DNA from: Chlorobiota bacterium
Lineage (GTDB): Bacteria; Bacteroidota; Bacteroidia; Bacteroidales; JAADGE01
Direction of reading: 5' to 3'
NCBI GenBank assembly: GCA_013152535.1
Contig: JAADGE010000012.1
Span: forward strand, 1,026 to 65,025
Length of the DNA: 64,000 nt
Position 1 is the stretch's first letter, and each line of letters begins with the position of its first letter. Under the pieces are notes generated by a model. That model saw nothing but the letters and a program-made list of their open reading frames with translations. It did no database searches and was not told where the DNA came from. Positions 40,113 to 50,166 of the stretch are shown here, piece by piece. Made by a program: the position numbers and the translations under genes.

Positions 40113-42902
40113 TTACTTTTTATTCTCCGGAATTAAGATAATGCTCAAATAATAATCATGAAGAAATTTTTTGGCTTGCTTTCTTAATGTTTTTTTATTT
40201 ACAGAATCCGTAATATCCGAATAATTCGTTACAAAATCAGGTTTACCTCCGGTTTGATACATATACAACAATTGATTTATCCAATATTTGTTTGTCTTAA
40301 TATTTGTTTCGTATTCACGTTTCAGTTTTTCAATTGTTTTTTGCATTTCTTCATCAGGAATTTCAACTGACGAAAAGCTTTTGGCAATTCTCATAATTCG
40401 TTTATTTACTTTTGAAACATTGTCGGGAGAACTGCTGAAAAAGATACCTATTGTGTATTGATTGTTTATAATAGATTTGAAATTTGAATTTGCAGAAATA
40501 CTGTATGTCCATTGATTTTTTTCTCTTATTTGATCCAGCAAGCTGTCGGTCAAAACAAAAGAAAGTGCTTTAAGATAAATTTGATTTTTTAAATTTTGCT
40601 CAGCAGTACCGGAGAATATTGTATAAACTAAACTTTTAGGATCAGAGCCTTTTTTGGCATAAACCTTTATTGTTTTTTTCGGAATTAATAAATCCGGATG
40701 TTGAATTGTTTCTTTTTTATCAACAGAAGGTAAACTTCCGAGATATTTTTCTATCAACGGTTTAATTTTTACCGGGTCAATATTTCCGGTAAATATAAAT
40801 GTAAAACTTCCGGGGTCCGAAAATCTTTCTTTGTATATCTTTTCTGCTTTTTTATTATCAATTTTAGGTAAATCTTTCAAAGACATGGGTACCATAAACG
40901 GACTGTGATTATATAGATTTGAAAATAAAGAGTCCCTCCAAACAGATTGAGGATTGTTAGCCGAATTTGCAAGAATTGCTTTTTGTTGTTGTATATATGT
41001 TTGAAAAGCATCTTTGTCAAATCTCGGGTGCATAAAATATAAATAAGTTAATTGCATCATAACAGGGAAATCGTCAACGGTGGAATTGCCGTTAAATCCT
41101 TCTGTTAACAAATTAACAAAAGGAGAACAAGAAACATGTTTATCGGAAATAAATTTTGACAACTGAATATTGTTAAAATCTCCGACACCGCTGTTATCTG
41201 CTATATCGGCACAATTTTTTGCATTAAGTATGTCGTTCGGATACAGAGAATATCCTCCGTAACTGTATGCTTTCATTAATATTTCGTTGTCTTTAAAATC
41301 AGTCGGTTTCAAAACAACTTTTATTCCGTTATTCAAAGTCCATACGGTTGTTCCGGTAACATCATCCTTTTTTTCATTTACAACTTTTCCCGCTGCGGGT
41401 TCTTTTGAAATCAACTTATCACTTATTTTATCTTCAACATAAGCTTTTATATCAGATTTTTTAGCGGCACTATAAGTTTCTGCTATTTCTTTTTCGGAAG
41501 GAACATCTATTTTGGGAGCAGTAAGAGTAATAACTGTATTATTATTAATTACCATTTTATCAATTGCTTTATTTACATCATTTAATGTAATTTTAGGCAA
41601 ATAGTTTTGGTATAATTTATATTTTAAATCGAAACTATAAGCCGGAGAATTAGAAAGTCCGAAATTTTTATGCAGAATCTTTGCCCATTTTTCGGATGAC
41701 AGTTTATTTTTATCGTCAAACTGTTTCTTCACATTGCTGAGAAGAACTTTTTTTTGCCTTTTCAATTCGCTTTGTGTATAACCGAATTTCTTAGCTCTTT
41801 CAATTTCTTCTGTTCCTGTTTTAACGCCATCTAATATTTTATCATTCTTAACTATTGCAAAAAAGTTAAAAGCAGATTTTTTTCCGAGAAATTGACCGTA
41901 TCCCACACCGACATATGCAAAAGGAGCATCGGGTTTTTTAGATAATTCCGAAAATCTCATATTTAACATTCCGGTTGCTAATTCGTCAATAATTTGATTT
42001 TTCAAATCTGCATATGTTTTTACGGTGCTAAATTTGTTTTTCATATAAATTGACAATATTGTATAAGGAGCTTCTTTATCGGTTGCAACTTTTACAATGG
42101 TTTTTTTATGATCCGGTATTTCAGGATAAATTCTTGCCCGTTCTTTTTTTCTTGCAGGTATTTGACTGAAAAGTTTTTTTACCTGTTCCGTAACTTTATC
42201 TGCATTAAAATCTCCTACAACAATAACGGCTTGTAAATCCGGACGATACCAATCTTTATAAAAATTTCTTAAATTATCCGGAGGACAATGCATAAAGACA
42301 GTTGTGTCGCCAATCGGTAAACGTTTTGCATATTTTGAATTATATAACACTGAAGGAAAAGTTTGTCGTGTAAGCCGGTCTTGTGCTCCGCGTCCTAAAC
42401 GCCATTCTTCACGTATAACACCGCGCTCTGCGTTAATTTCATCAGTTTCATAGCTTACATTAGAAGCCCAATCGTAAATTACTTGAAGTCCTTTTGAGAG
42501 ATAACCGGTTGAATCTAAAGGAATTTCAATCATATATACAGTTTCATCAAAACTTGTATATGCATTCAAATCGGCACCGAAACGCATTCCCAAAGATTCA
42601 AGAAATTCGATAAGTTTGTGCTTCGGGAAATTTTTTGTTCCGTTAAAAGCCATGTGTTCACACATATGAGCCAATCCGCGTTGATTATTATCTTCTAAAA
42701 CAGAACCGGCATTAACAATTAGTTGTAAATAAGCTCTGTTTTCAGGTTTATCGTTATGACGGACATAATACGTTAAACCATTATCTAATTTTCCGTAATG
42801 AACATTTTTATCCAAAGGTAAAGTGTCATTCGGATTAAAATTTTGAGTAAATCCCGTAAAAAACAGGGATACAAAAAACAGTATTAAAACATTTCTTTTC
42901 AT
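40113..42902 (-). CDS. M16 zinc peptidase (PqqL-like), exported
   Basis: Signal peptide, GKLDNGLTYY, HMCEH (HxxEH), NAYTSFDETVY and ERGVIREE. Confidence 0.93.
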   Translation of the reverse strand: MKRNVLILFFVSLFFTGFTQNFNPNDTLPLDKNVHYGKLDNGLTYYVRHNDKPENRAYLQLIVNAGSVLEDNNQRGLAHMCEHMAFNGTKNFPKHKLIEFLESLGMRFGADLNAYTSFDETVYMIEIPLDSTGYLSKGLQVIYDWASNVSYETDEINAERGVIREEWRLGRGAQDRLTRQTFPSVLYNSKYAKRLPIGDTTVFMHCPPDNLRNFYKDWYRPDLQAVIVVGDFNADKVTEQVKKLFSQIPARKKERARIYPEIPDHKKTIVKVATDKEAPYTILSIYMKNKFSTVKTYADLKNQIIDELATGMLNMRFSELSKKPDAPFAYVGVGYGQFLGKKSAFNFFAIVKNDKILDGVKTGTEEIERAKKFGYTQSELKRQKKVLLSNVKKQFDDKNKLSSEKWAKILHKNFGLSNSPAYSFDLKYKLYQNYLPKITLNDVNKAIDKMVINNNTVITLTAPKIDVPSEKEIAETYSAAKKSDIKAYVEDKISDKLISKEPAAGKVVNEKKDDVTGTTVWTLNNGIKVVLKPTDFKDNEILMKAYSYGGYSLYPNDILNAKNCADIADNSGVGDFNNIQLSKFISDKHVSCSPFVNLLTEGFNGNSTVDDFPVMMQLTYLYFMHPRFDKDAFQTYIQQQKAILANSANNPQSVWRDSLFSNLYNHSPFMVPMSLKDLPKIDNKKAEKIYKERFSDPGSFTFIFTGNIDPVKIKPLIEKYLGSLPSVDKKETIQHPDLLIPKKTIKVYAKKGSDPKSLVYTIFSGTAEQNLKNQIYLKALSFVLTDSLLDQIREKNQWTYSISANSNFKSIINNQYTIGIFFSSSPDNVSKVNKRIMRIAKSFSSVEIPDEEMQKTIEKLKREYETNIKTNKYWINQLLYMYQTGGKPDFVTNYSDITDSVNKKTLRKQAKKFLHDYYLSIILIPENKK

Positions 42903-42946
42903 TTTTTGATATTTTTAGTTTTTTAAAATAATGTAAATATATGTTG

Positions 42947-44335
42947 TTAAATATGAATAACCTCATCATAAGCTGCTGCCGCTGCTTCCATAATTGCTTC
43001 CGACATAGTCGGATGCGGATGAATTGATTTTATCAAATCATGTCCTTTTGCTCCTAATTTGAGAGATACAACTGCTTCGGCAATCATTTCGGTAACGTTA
43101 AGACCAACAAAATGAGCTCCGAGAAGTTTATCGCTTTTTGCATCAAAAACAAGTTTAATAAAGCCGTCTCGATTGCCTGCCACCGTCGCTTTACCTGATG
43201 CCGTATAAGGAAATTTTCCGACTTTTACTTCGTAACCTGCTTCAACAGCCTGTTTTTCGGTTAATCCGACGGATGCAACTTCGGGTGTTGTATAAACTGC
43301 CCCGGGAACTTTGCCGTAGTCAACCGGAGCAGGATTTAATCCTGCAATTTTTTCGACACATGTAATTCCTTCTGCAGAAGCAACATGAGCTAATGCTTGT
43401 CCGTGGACAATATCGCCTATGGCATAAATATTTTTCACGTTTGTTCGGTAAAAATCATCAACTTTTATTTTATCTTTTTCAAGCTCTATTCCGGTTTCTT
43501 CCAAACCAATATGTTCCAAATTCGGAACTACTCCTACGGCAGATAAAACAATTTCGGCTTCAACTTTAATTTCTTTACCTTTTGAGTGAACTGTTGCAAC
43601 ACATTTTTCGTCAATAATTTCAACTTTTTCTACTGCCGAAGATACCATCACTTTAATTTTTGCTTTTTTAAGAGAACGACCGATTTGTTTTGAAACATCC
43701 TCATCTTCAAGCGGAAGAACGTTAGGTAAAAATTCGATTAACGTAACTTGTGTTCCTATTGAATTATAAAAAAATGCCAATTCGGTACCTATGGCTCCCG
43801 AACCCGCGACAATCATACTTTCGGGTTGTTTTTCAAGAGTTAGTGCCTCTCTGTAGCCTATTATTTTTTTCCCGTCTTGCTTTAAATTCGGCAGTTCTTT
43901 TGAGCGAGAACCGGTTGCCAAAATAATGTGTTTTGCCGTATATTTTTCTGTTTTACCCTCATTGTCAATAACTTCAACTGTATTTTCACCGGCTAATTTC
44001 CCGAAACCCTGCAAACCGGTAATTTTATTTTTCTTAAATAAATACTGCACACCTTTACTCATTTGCTCGGCAATTGCTCTGCTTCGTGCAATAATTTCGG
44101 AAAAATCGGCTTTGTATTCTCCTACTTTTATTCCGTAATTTTCGGAATGTTTGATATAATCGTAAACCTGTGCACTTTTCAACAGCGATTTTGTGGGAAT
44201 ACATCCCCAATTTAAACAAACTCCGCCGATTTCAGCTTTTTCAACAACAGCAACTTTCATTCCGAGTTGCGATGCTCTGATTGCAGCAACATATCCGCCG
44301 GGTCCGCTTCCGATAATTATTATGTCGTAGTTCAT
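42947..44335 (-). CDS. lpdA: Dihydrolipoyl dehydrogenase
   Basis: GSGPGGYVAA, GGVCLNWGCIPTK and HPHPTMSE. Confidence 0.97.
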   Translation of the reverse strand: MNYDIIIIGSGPGGYVAAIRASQLGMKVAVVEKAEIGGVCLNWGCIPTKSLLKSAQVYDYIKHSENYGIKVGEYKADFSEIIARSRAIAEQMSKGVQYLFKKNKITGLQGFGKLAGENTVEVIDNEGKTEKYTAKHIILATGSRSKELPNLKQDGKKIIGYREALTLEKQPESMIVAGSGAIGTELAFFYNSIGTQVTLIEFLPNVLPLEDEDVSKQIGRSLKKAKIKVMVSSAVEKVEIIDEKCVATVHSKGKEIKVEAEIVLSAVGVVPNLEHIGLEETGIELEKDKIKVDDFYRTNVKNIYAIGDIVHGQALAHVASAEGITCVEKIAGLNPAPVDYGKVPGAVYTTPEVASVGLTEKQAVEAGYEVKVGKFPYTASGKATVAGNRDGFIKLVFDAKSDKLLGAHFVGLNVTEMIAEAVVSLKLGAKGHDLIKSIHPHPTMSEAIMEAAAAAYDEVIHI

Positions 44336-44382
44336 ATTCAGTTAGAGGTAAAAAGTTTGTGAAATTTTGTATTTAATTTTCT

Positions 44383-45225
44383 CTAAACGGCTTTCAAGCT
44401 CAAATCCAAGCTTTTTATTTGATGCGTTAATGCTCCTACCGAAACAAAATCTACTCCGCATTCGGCATAACTGCTTAAAGTTTCGAGAGTAATACCTCCG
44501 GAAGATTCCGTTTCGTATTTTCCGGCAATTATTTCAACGGCTTTTTTTGTATTTTTAACAGTAAAATTATCAAGCATTATTCTGTGAATTTTCCCTACAC
44601 GCAAAACTTCGTTAAGTTCTTCAAAATTTCTTACTTCAACTTCAATTTTTATGTTTTTATTGTTTTCTTTAAGATAATCAACAGTTTTGTTAATTGCTTT
44701 TTCGATACCTCCGGCAAAATCAATATGGTTGTCTTTGAGCATTACCATATCATAAAGCCCCATTCTGTGATTTGTTCCGCCGCCGATTTTTACGGCAAGT
44801 TTTTCAATATGTCGTAATCCCGGCGTAGTTTTTCGAGTATCGAGAACTTTTGTCGGCAAATCTTTTATAATTTCGGTATATTTTGAAGTTTGCGTAGCAA
44901 TACCGCTCATTCGCTGCATAAAGTTAAGCAACAACCGTTCTGCCTGCAAAATTGAAATCACTTTTCCTGAAATCGTAAAAGCAATATCGCCGGGTTTTAT
45001 TTTTGTCCCGTCTTCCAAAAAAATATTTATTTTTAAATCAGGGTCAATTTTGCGAATTATTTCTTTTGTAATTTCAACTCCTGCAAGAATACCTTCTTCT
45101 TTAACGAGTAATTTAACTTTGCCTTTTTCCGTTTTCGGAATACAGGATAACGAAGAATGGTCGCCGTCTCCTATGTCTTCGGCAATTGCCAAATCAATTA
45201 ATTTATCAATAAATTTATTTATCAC
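44383..45225 (-). CDS. nadC: Quinolinate phosphoribosyltransferase
   Basis: DTRKTTPG, HRMGLYD, KDNH, MLDNF and SVGALTH. Confidence 0.97.
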   Translation of the reverse strand: MINKFIDKLIDLAIAEDIGDGDHSSLSCIPKTEKGKVKLLVKEEGILAGVEITKEIIRKIDPDLKINIFLEDGTKIKPGDIAFTISGKVISILQAERLLLNFMQRMSGIATQTSKYTEIIKDLPTKVLDTRKTTPGLRHIEKLAVKIGGGTNHRMGLYDMVMLKDNHIDFAGGIEKAINKTVDYLKENNKNIKIEVEVRNFEELNEVLRVGKIHRIMLDNFTVKNTKKAVEIIAGKYETESSGGITLETLSSYAECGVDFVSVGALTHQIKSLDLSLKAV

Positions 45226-45949
45226 TTTCAGTATTTTTTAATTTTTCAGCTAATAATATATTTAGTTTACTGTGAAATTGCTCTAAATCATACGGGAATT
45301 TATCAAATGCAGCTGCTTCAATAACAGCAACAGTTTCATTACCGGATAAAATCGGAATAAATAATAAACTTTTAGGAGAACTCGCGCCCAAACCGGAAAC
45401 AACCTGAATATATTCATCCGGAATATCGCTTATTTGTTTTATTTTTTTACTTTTCGCAACTTGCCCCGAAATTCCTTCTCCTTCAGAAAAATCGCGAATT
45501 TTGTTGTTGTTGTACATCGCATAAGTTGCACTAACTTTAAATTTATCTTTATCTTTTACGTAAACCAAACCCTGAACAATATAAAACTCCTTTGCAAAAG
45601 CTTTTAGTATAAGTTCGGAAAATTTCTGATCTTTTTGAGGTCTTTCAAGTTCGGAAATAATATTATTAATTTTAAGTTCTGTTTCACTTCTTATTTTTTC
45701 ATCCGATTTTTTAAATTCTTTATCCTCTTCTTCATTAACAAATTTTGTTTTTATATAAATTTTTTCTGTTTGAAAAGTAAATGTTAAAACAAATAAAAAT
45801 AAATTTGAAAAGAATAATGCACCGAAATAAATAAAGCTTTTATTTTCTTCTAAACTTCCTGAAGTTTTTGAAAAGATAAGCCAAATAAAAAATAAGGATA
45901 AAATAAAAAGAGCTGCAGATACTATTTTTCTGACAATATTTTTAGACAT
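45215..45949 (-). CDS. Two-TM membrane protein with a cytoplasmic GAF domain
   Basis: GEGISGQVA, IPDEYIQVVSGLG..SPKSLLFIP and VAVIEAA. Confidence 0.85.
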   Translation of the reverse strand: MSKNIVRKIVSAALFILSLFFIWLIFSKTSGSLEENKSFIYFGALFFSNLFLFVLTFTFQTEKIYIKTKFVNEEEDKEFKKSDEKIRSETELKINNIISELERPQKDQKFSELILKAFAKEFYIVQGLVYVKDKDKFKVSATYAMYNNNKIRDFSEGEGISGQVAKSKKIKQISDIPDEYIQVVSGLGASSPKSLLFIPILSGNETVAVIEAAAFDKFPYDLEQFHSKLNILLAEKLKNTESDK

Positions 45950-45951
45950 TA

Positions 45952-46512
45952 TTAAAGGTTTAAAATATATTTAATAATATTTTGCGAAGATAAAATATTT
46001 TTCGTTTCCGAAATTTTAATTGCCGCTTCCGGCATTGTTGCAACAATTGCATCTTTTGGGTCTTGAGCAACAGTAATGCCTCCGAAATCAACAACATCCT
46101 TCAATCCGGCTGCTCCGTCATTATTTGCACCCGATAAAACAATACCGAGCATTTTATTTTTTAAAGAATAAGCAGCTGAACTTAATGTTACATCAATTGA
46201 CGGACGAGAATGGTTGACAACCTCTTCCGTTGAAAGTGCAAAAGTTTTATCAGGTTCAATATACAAATGATAATTTGCTGGAGCGATATAAACTCTGCCC
46301 GATAATATTTTTTCTTTATCAAAAGGTTCCTGAACCGGTAATTGCGATTTAATTTTTAATGCATCAACAAATCCTTCTTTAATATGCTTCAAGCGATGTA
46401 AAACTAAAATTAAAGTATAAGGAAAATTTTTCGGCAATTCTTCCAATATTTTCGTAACAATTTTAAAACTGCCGGCAGACCCGCCTATAACAATATATTT
46501 TATTTCAGACAT
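45952..46512 (-). CDS. cheB: CheB-type methylesterase, catalytic domain only
   Basis: GGSAGS, LVLH, RPSIDV, SGANNDG (Ser-His-Asp triad) and MPEAA. No receiver domain. Confidence 0.92.
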   Translation of the reverse strand: MSEIKYIVIGGSAGSFKIVTKILEELPKNFPYTLILVLHRLKHIKEGFVDALKIKSQLPVQEPFDKEKILSGRVYIAPANYHLYIEPDKTFALSTEEVVNHSRPSIDVTLSSAAYSLKNKMLGIVLSGANNDGAAGLKDVVDFGGITVAQDPKDAIVATMPEAAIKISETKNILSSQNIIKYILNL

Positions 46513-46515
46513 TTA

Positions 46516-47334
46516 TTAAAAAATTCTTTTTTTATAAACAGATAAATTTGCAGCTGTTCTTTTAAATTTTCCGGACATTTGTCCTAAAATTTCTTTATCT
46601 CCCAGAATCAGATATCCGCCTTTTTTAATACTTGCACTGAGTTTGTGCAATACAGTGCTTTGCAAATTCTCATTAAAATAAATCAATCGGTTACGAAATA
46701 AAACCAAATCAAATTCGGAAACATACTGTTGATTTGTTATTTTTTCTTTAATAAAATTCACCTTTCCCCTGTAAAAATGATTAATTCTCATTTGATTAGT
46801 GTGTCCGATAAAAACATCTTCCAAATTTAACACATTATTAAGCAACTCAATATTTTTTACACACTTTTTCAAATCTTGTTGAGTAAAATTTCTGTTTCGG
46901 ATAAGATTTTCATTTTCGAATAAAGGATGTGAAACTGTAACAATTACACTTGCTGATTGAAATAATCCGAGAAAAAACATCAAAGAATAAACTTCTTCAC
47001 CGCCGGTACAATAAGGAATATGTATATTAACTTCTTTTTTAAAAAGCAGTTTCGGAAAAACTTTCTCATTTAAATAATTCCACAATTCTGCATCTCTGAA
47101 TAGTTCAGTTTGAGGGACAAAACAAAATTTTATAAAGTCGGAAACAATTTTTTCAGATTGATTAAAACGATAAATTAAATCATCAACATTCAAAACTTTT
47201 TGAGTTTTCATAAAAAGAATAATTCTTCTCCTTTTAAATGAAAAAGCATAGTCGATAAAATCAAAATTTGCAAGTGATTTTATTTCAGAATAAACTTGAT
47301 TGACATCCGATACGGATATTTTGAATTCAGACAT
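46516..47334 (-). CDS. cheR: CheR-type methyltransferase (divergent)
   Basis: TELFRD, CTGGEEVYSL, FDLVLFRNRLIYF and GGYLILGDKE. Confidence 0.85.
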   Translation of the reverse strand: MSEFKISVSDVNQVYSEIKSLANFDFIDYAFSFKRRRIILFMKTQKVLNVDDLIYRFNQSEKIVSDFIKFCFVPQTELFRDAELWNYLNEKVFPKLLFKKEVNIHIPYCTGGEEVYSLMFFLGLFQSASVIVTVSHPLFENENLIRNRNFTQQDLKKCVKNIELLNNVLNLEDVFIGHTNQMRINHFYRGKVNFIKEKITNQQYVSEFDLVLFRNRLIYFNENLQSTVLHKLSASIKKGGYLILGDKEILGQMSGKFKRTAANLSVYKKRIF

Positions 47335-47416
47335 AAAAGAGATATAAACTCCTGAGAAAAAATTATTATCTTTGTTAATTCAACTATGTAAAAATAAAAA
47401 TAAATTCAATATAATT

Positions 47417-48427
47417 ATGCAATATCCCAAAAAAGTAGAATTAGGAGACATAACAATCCGAGACGGATTTCAACATGAAGAAAAATTTATTCCTACGGAA
47501 GCAAAATTATGGCTTGCAGAAGAATTAGTTCTGGCAGGATACAAGAAAATAGAAGTTACAAATTTCGGTAATCCGAAAGGAATGCCGCAATTTAAAGATG
47601 CTGATATTTTAATGAAATCTATCCGAAACAGTAAAAAATTAAAAGGTAAATTAAATGATGTTGAAATAACTTGTGTTACAATAAGAGAACGGGCCATTGA
47701 ACGAGCGATTGAAGCAAAAAAAGAAGGTTGGGGACCCGACAGAATTTTATTAATGGTTTCTACCAGTGAATCGCATCAATATAAAAATTCAGGTTTATCA
47801 CATTCCGACTATTGGAAAATGAGTGAAAAATACATCAAAAAAGCACACGATGCGGGAATAAAAGTCAACGGAACAGTAAGCACAATTTGGGGTTGCCCGA
47901 TTGAAGGTCCTACGCACCCCGAAGATGCTGTTGAATTTACAAAACGATGGTTAGACATTGGTGCCGATGATATTGAACATGCCGATCATGACGGATCCGC
48001 TTCACCCGACCGAGTCTATAAATATTATTCTATGCTTTTAGATGCTATACCGGACACATCATTGCATCTTGCTCATTTTCATACAACAAGAGGCTGGGGC
48101 TTGGCAAATATATTGGCGGCACTGCAAGCAGGAATTACACGCTATGAATCCACAATAGGCGGTATCGGCGGACAACCGGCAAACTTTATTGACGGAATTC
48201 CGGTTTCCGGTACCGGGAAATATTATTATAAAGACCCGAATGCCGTAGGACTTATCACTACAGAAGATATGCTTGTAATGATGGACGAAATGGGTATTGA
48301 AACTGATATTGACATTGATAAAATTTTAGAAATAGGAAATACGGTTGAAAAAATTGTCGGAAGACGACTTCGTTCGGAAACAATAAAGATGGGACGAATA
48401 CCTAAAAATTTATCGGAAAGAAAATAA
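47417..48427 (+). CDS. DRE-TIM metallolyase, HMG-CoA lyase-like
   Basis: DITIRDGFQHE, WGCP, HFHTTRG and GGIGG. The ATG at 47417 is the likely start. Confidence 0.85.
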   Translation: MQYPKKVELGDITIRDGFQHEEKFIPTEAKLWLAEELVLAGYKKIEVTNFGNPKGMPQFKDADILMKSIRNSKKLKGKLNDVEITCVTIRERAIERAIEAKKEGWGPDRILLMVSTSESHQYKNSGLSHSDYWKMSEKYIKKAHDAGIKVNGTVSTIWGCPIEGPTHPEDAVEFTKRWLDIGADDIEHADHDGSASPDRVYKYYSMLLDAIPDTSLHLAHFHTTRGWGLANILAALQAGITRYESTIGGIGGQPANFIDGIPVSGTGKYYYKDPNAVGLITTEDMLVMMDEMGIETDIDIDKILEIGNTVEKIVGRRLRSETIKMGRIPKNLSERK

Positions 48428-48433
48428 AAAACT

Positions 48434-49492
48434 ATGATAGATTATATTGAAATACAAGGATATAAATCATTAAAAGACGTAAAAATTGGACTTCGTCCGA
48501 TAAATATTTTAATCGGAGCAAACGGAGCAGGAAAAAGTAATTTTATTTCTTTTTTTGATTTATTAAATGCTGTTTATGAACAAAAGTTAAAAGAATTTAT
48601 TGCGTTAAAAGGAGAGGACAAAATATTATATAACGGAATAAAAATTACTGATCAGATTAAAGTTAAGATATTATTTGAGAGAAATGTAAGTTCCTATTCT
48701 TTTACAATAAAAAAAGGAGATAGTAATTTTGTTTTTATTAATGAAAACTTACAATTAAAAAATGATATAAGAGAAATCTCAAATTATAATTCAGAAACAA
48801 ATATGTTTCTGCATCAAGATATATTAAATTATTTTAAAAGCAATTTTACAACTTTGAAAAAATATCATTTCCTTGATACCGGTAAAAATTCACCTTTTAC
48901 CGAAACCTGCCATAAAGATAATGATGCATATTTTTTGTATGAAACCGGAAAAAACATTTCAGCTTTTTTATTTCGTATTAAAAATGAAAATCCGATTATT
49001 TACAATCGAATTGTAAAAACAATACAAAGTATTGCACCGTTTTTCTCTGATTTCTTTTTTCAACCCAACGCAGAAGGATTAATACGTTTACATTGGCAGG
49101 ATAAATACAGTTCAACAGTTTACGGAGCAAACGATTTATCTGACGGAACTCTACGCTTTATTGCATTATCTGTTTTATTTCTACAACCTGTTTTACCTGT
49201 TTCATTATTGATAATTGATGAGCCTGAATTAGGTCTGCACCCTCTTGCAACAGCAAAAGTAGCGGGATATATTAAAAGTGCTGCAAAAAAAGGAAGACAA
49301 ATAATAATTGCAACACAATCGACTGATTTAATCAGTTATTTTGAACCGGAAGATATTGTGACTGTTAATCAGGTCAACGGAGAAAGTAAATTTAAACGAT
49401 TAAAAAAAGAAGAACTTTCATCCTGGTTAGAAGAATACACACTCGGAGAATTATGGCAAAGAAATATTATTGCTGACGGGCAACCAAAATAA
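48434..49492 (+). CDS. ABC/SMC-type ATPase (AAA_21/AAA_15-like)
   Basis: IQGYKS, Walker A GANGAGKS, signature LSDGT, Walker B IIDEPELGLHP and the tail LGELWQRN. Confidence 0.92.
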   Translation: MIDYIEIQGYKSLKDVKIGLRPINILIGANGAGKSNFISFFDLLNAVYEQKLKEFIALKGEDKILYNGIKITDQIKVKILFERNVSSYSFTIKKGDSNFVFINENLQLKNDIREISNYNSETNMFLHQDILNYFKSNFTTLKKYHFLDTGKNSPFTETCHKDNDAYFLYETGKNISAFLFRIKNENPIIYNRIVKTIQSIAPFFSDFFFQPNAEGLIRLHWQDKYSSTVYGANDLSDGTLRFIALSVLFLQPVLPVSLLIIDEPELGLHPLATAKVAGYIKSAAKKGRQIIIATQSTDLISYFEPEDIVTVNQVNGESKFKRLKKEELSSWLEEYTLGELWQRNIIADGQPK

Positions 49493-49503
49493 TAATATCG
49501 AAA

Positions 49504-50166
49504 ATGAAAAGAATAATAATCATTTGTGAAGGAGAAACGGAGCAAGAGTTTTGCAAAGATGTTTTGTTACCGTATTTTATTTCAAAAAATATTCAAATTC
49601 AAGCACCATTGATAAAAAAATCAAAAGGCGGTATTGTCAAATGGAATGTTTTAAAAAAAGAGATTGAAACGTATTTAAAAAATGAACCTGAAGTTTTTGT
49701 AACTCTTTTAATTGATTTTTATGGTATTAAAAACAAACATAAATTTCCTCATTGGAATGAAATCACAAAAATACAAAACAAACAAAATCAATTAACTAAA
49801 CTTGAAGCAGAAATGCAAAAAGATATTGATAACTCAGTCAATCAACGATTTATTCCATATATACAATTACATGAATTTGAAGGTTTATTGTTTTGTAATA
49901 AAAATATTTTTGACAGAAATTTTGAACGAAATGAGTTTAAAGATTATAATTATTTAATTGAAACAATTGATAATTTCCCAAATCCGGAAGATATTAATGA
50001 CGGAAAAAATACAGCACCTTCCAAAAGATTAGAAAGAATTATTGAAGGATATAATAAAATTGTATTCGGAAGTATGATTGCTGAAGAAATAGGATTAAAA
50101 ACAATAAGAGAAAAAGCAACAAGATTTAATATTTGGATAAACAATCTTGAAGATATAACTAATTAA
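49504..50166 (+). CDS. DUF4276-like TOPRIM-fold protein (putative nuclease)
   Basis: IIICEGETEQEF, LIDFYG, FIPYIQLHEFEGLLF and NPEDIN...APSKR. Confidence 0.85.
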   Translation: MKRIIIICEGETEQEFCKDVLLPYFISKNIQIQAPLIKKSKGGIVKWNVLKKEIETYLKNEPEVFVTLLIDFYGIKNKHKFPHWNEITKIQNKQNQLTKLEAEMQKDIDNSVNQRFIPYIQLHEFEGLLFCNKNIFDRNFERNEFKDYNYLIETIDNFPNPEDINDGKNTAPSKRLERIIEGYNKIVFGSMIAEEIGLKTIREKATRFNIWINNLEDITN

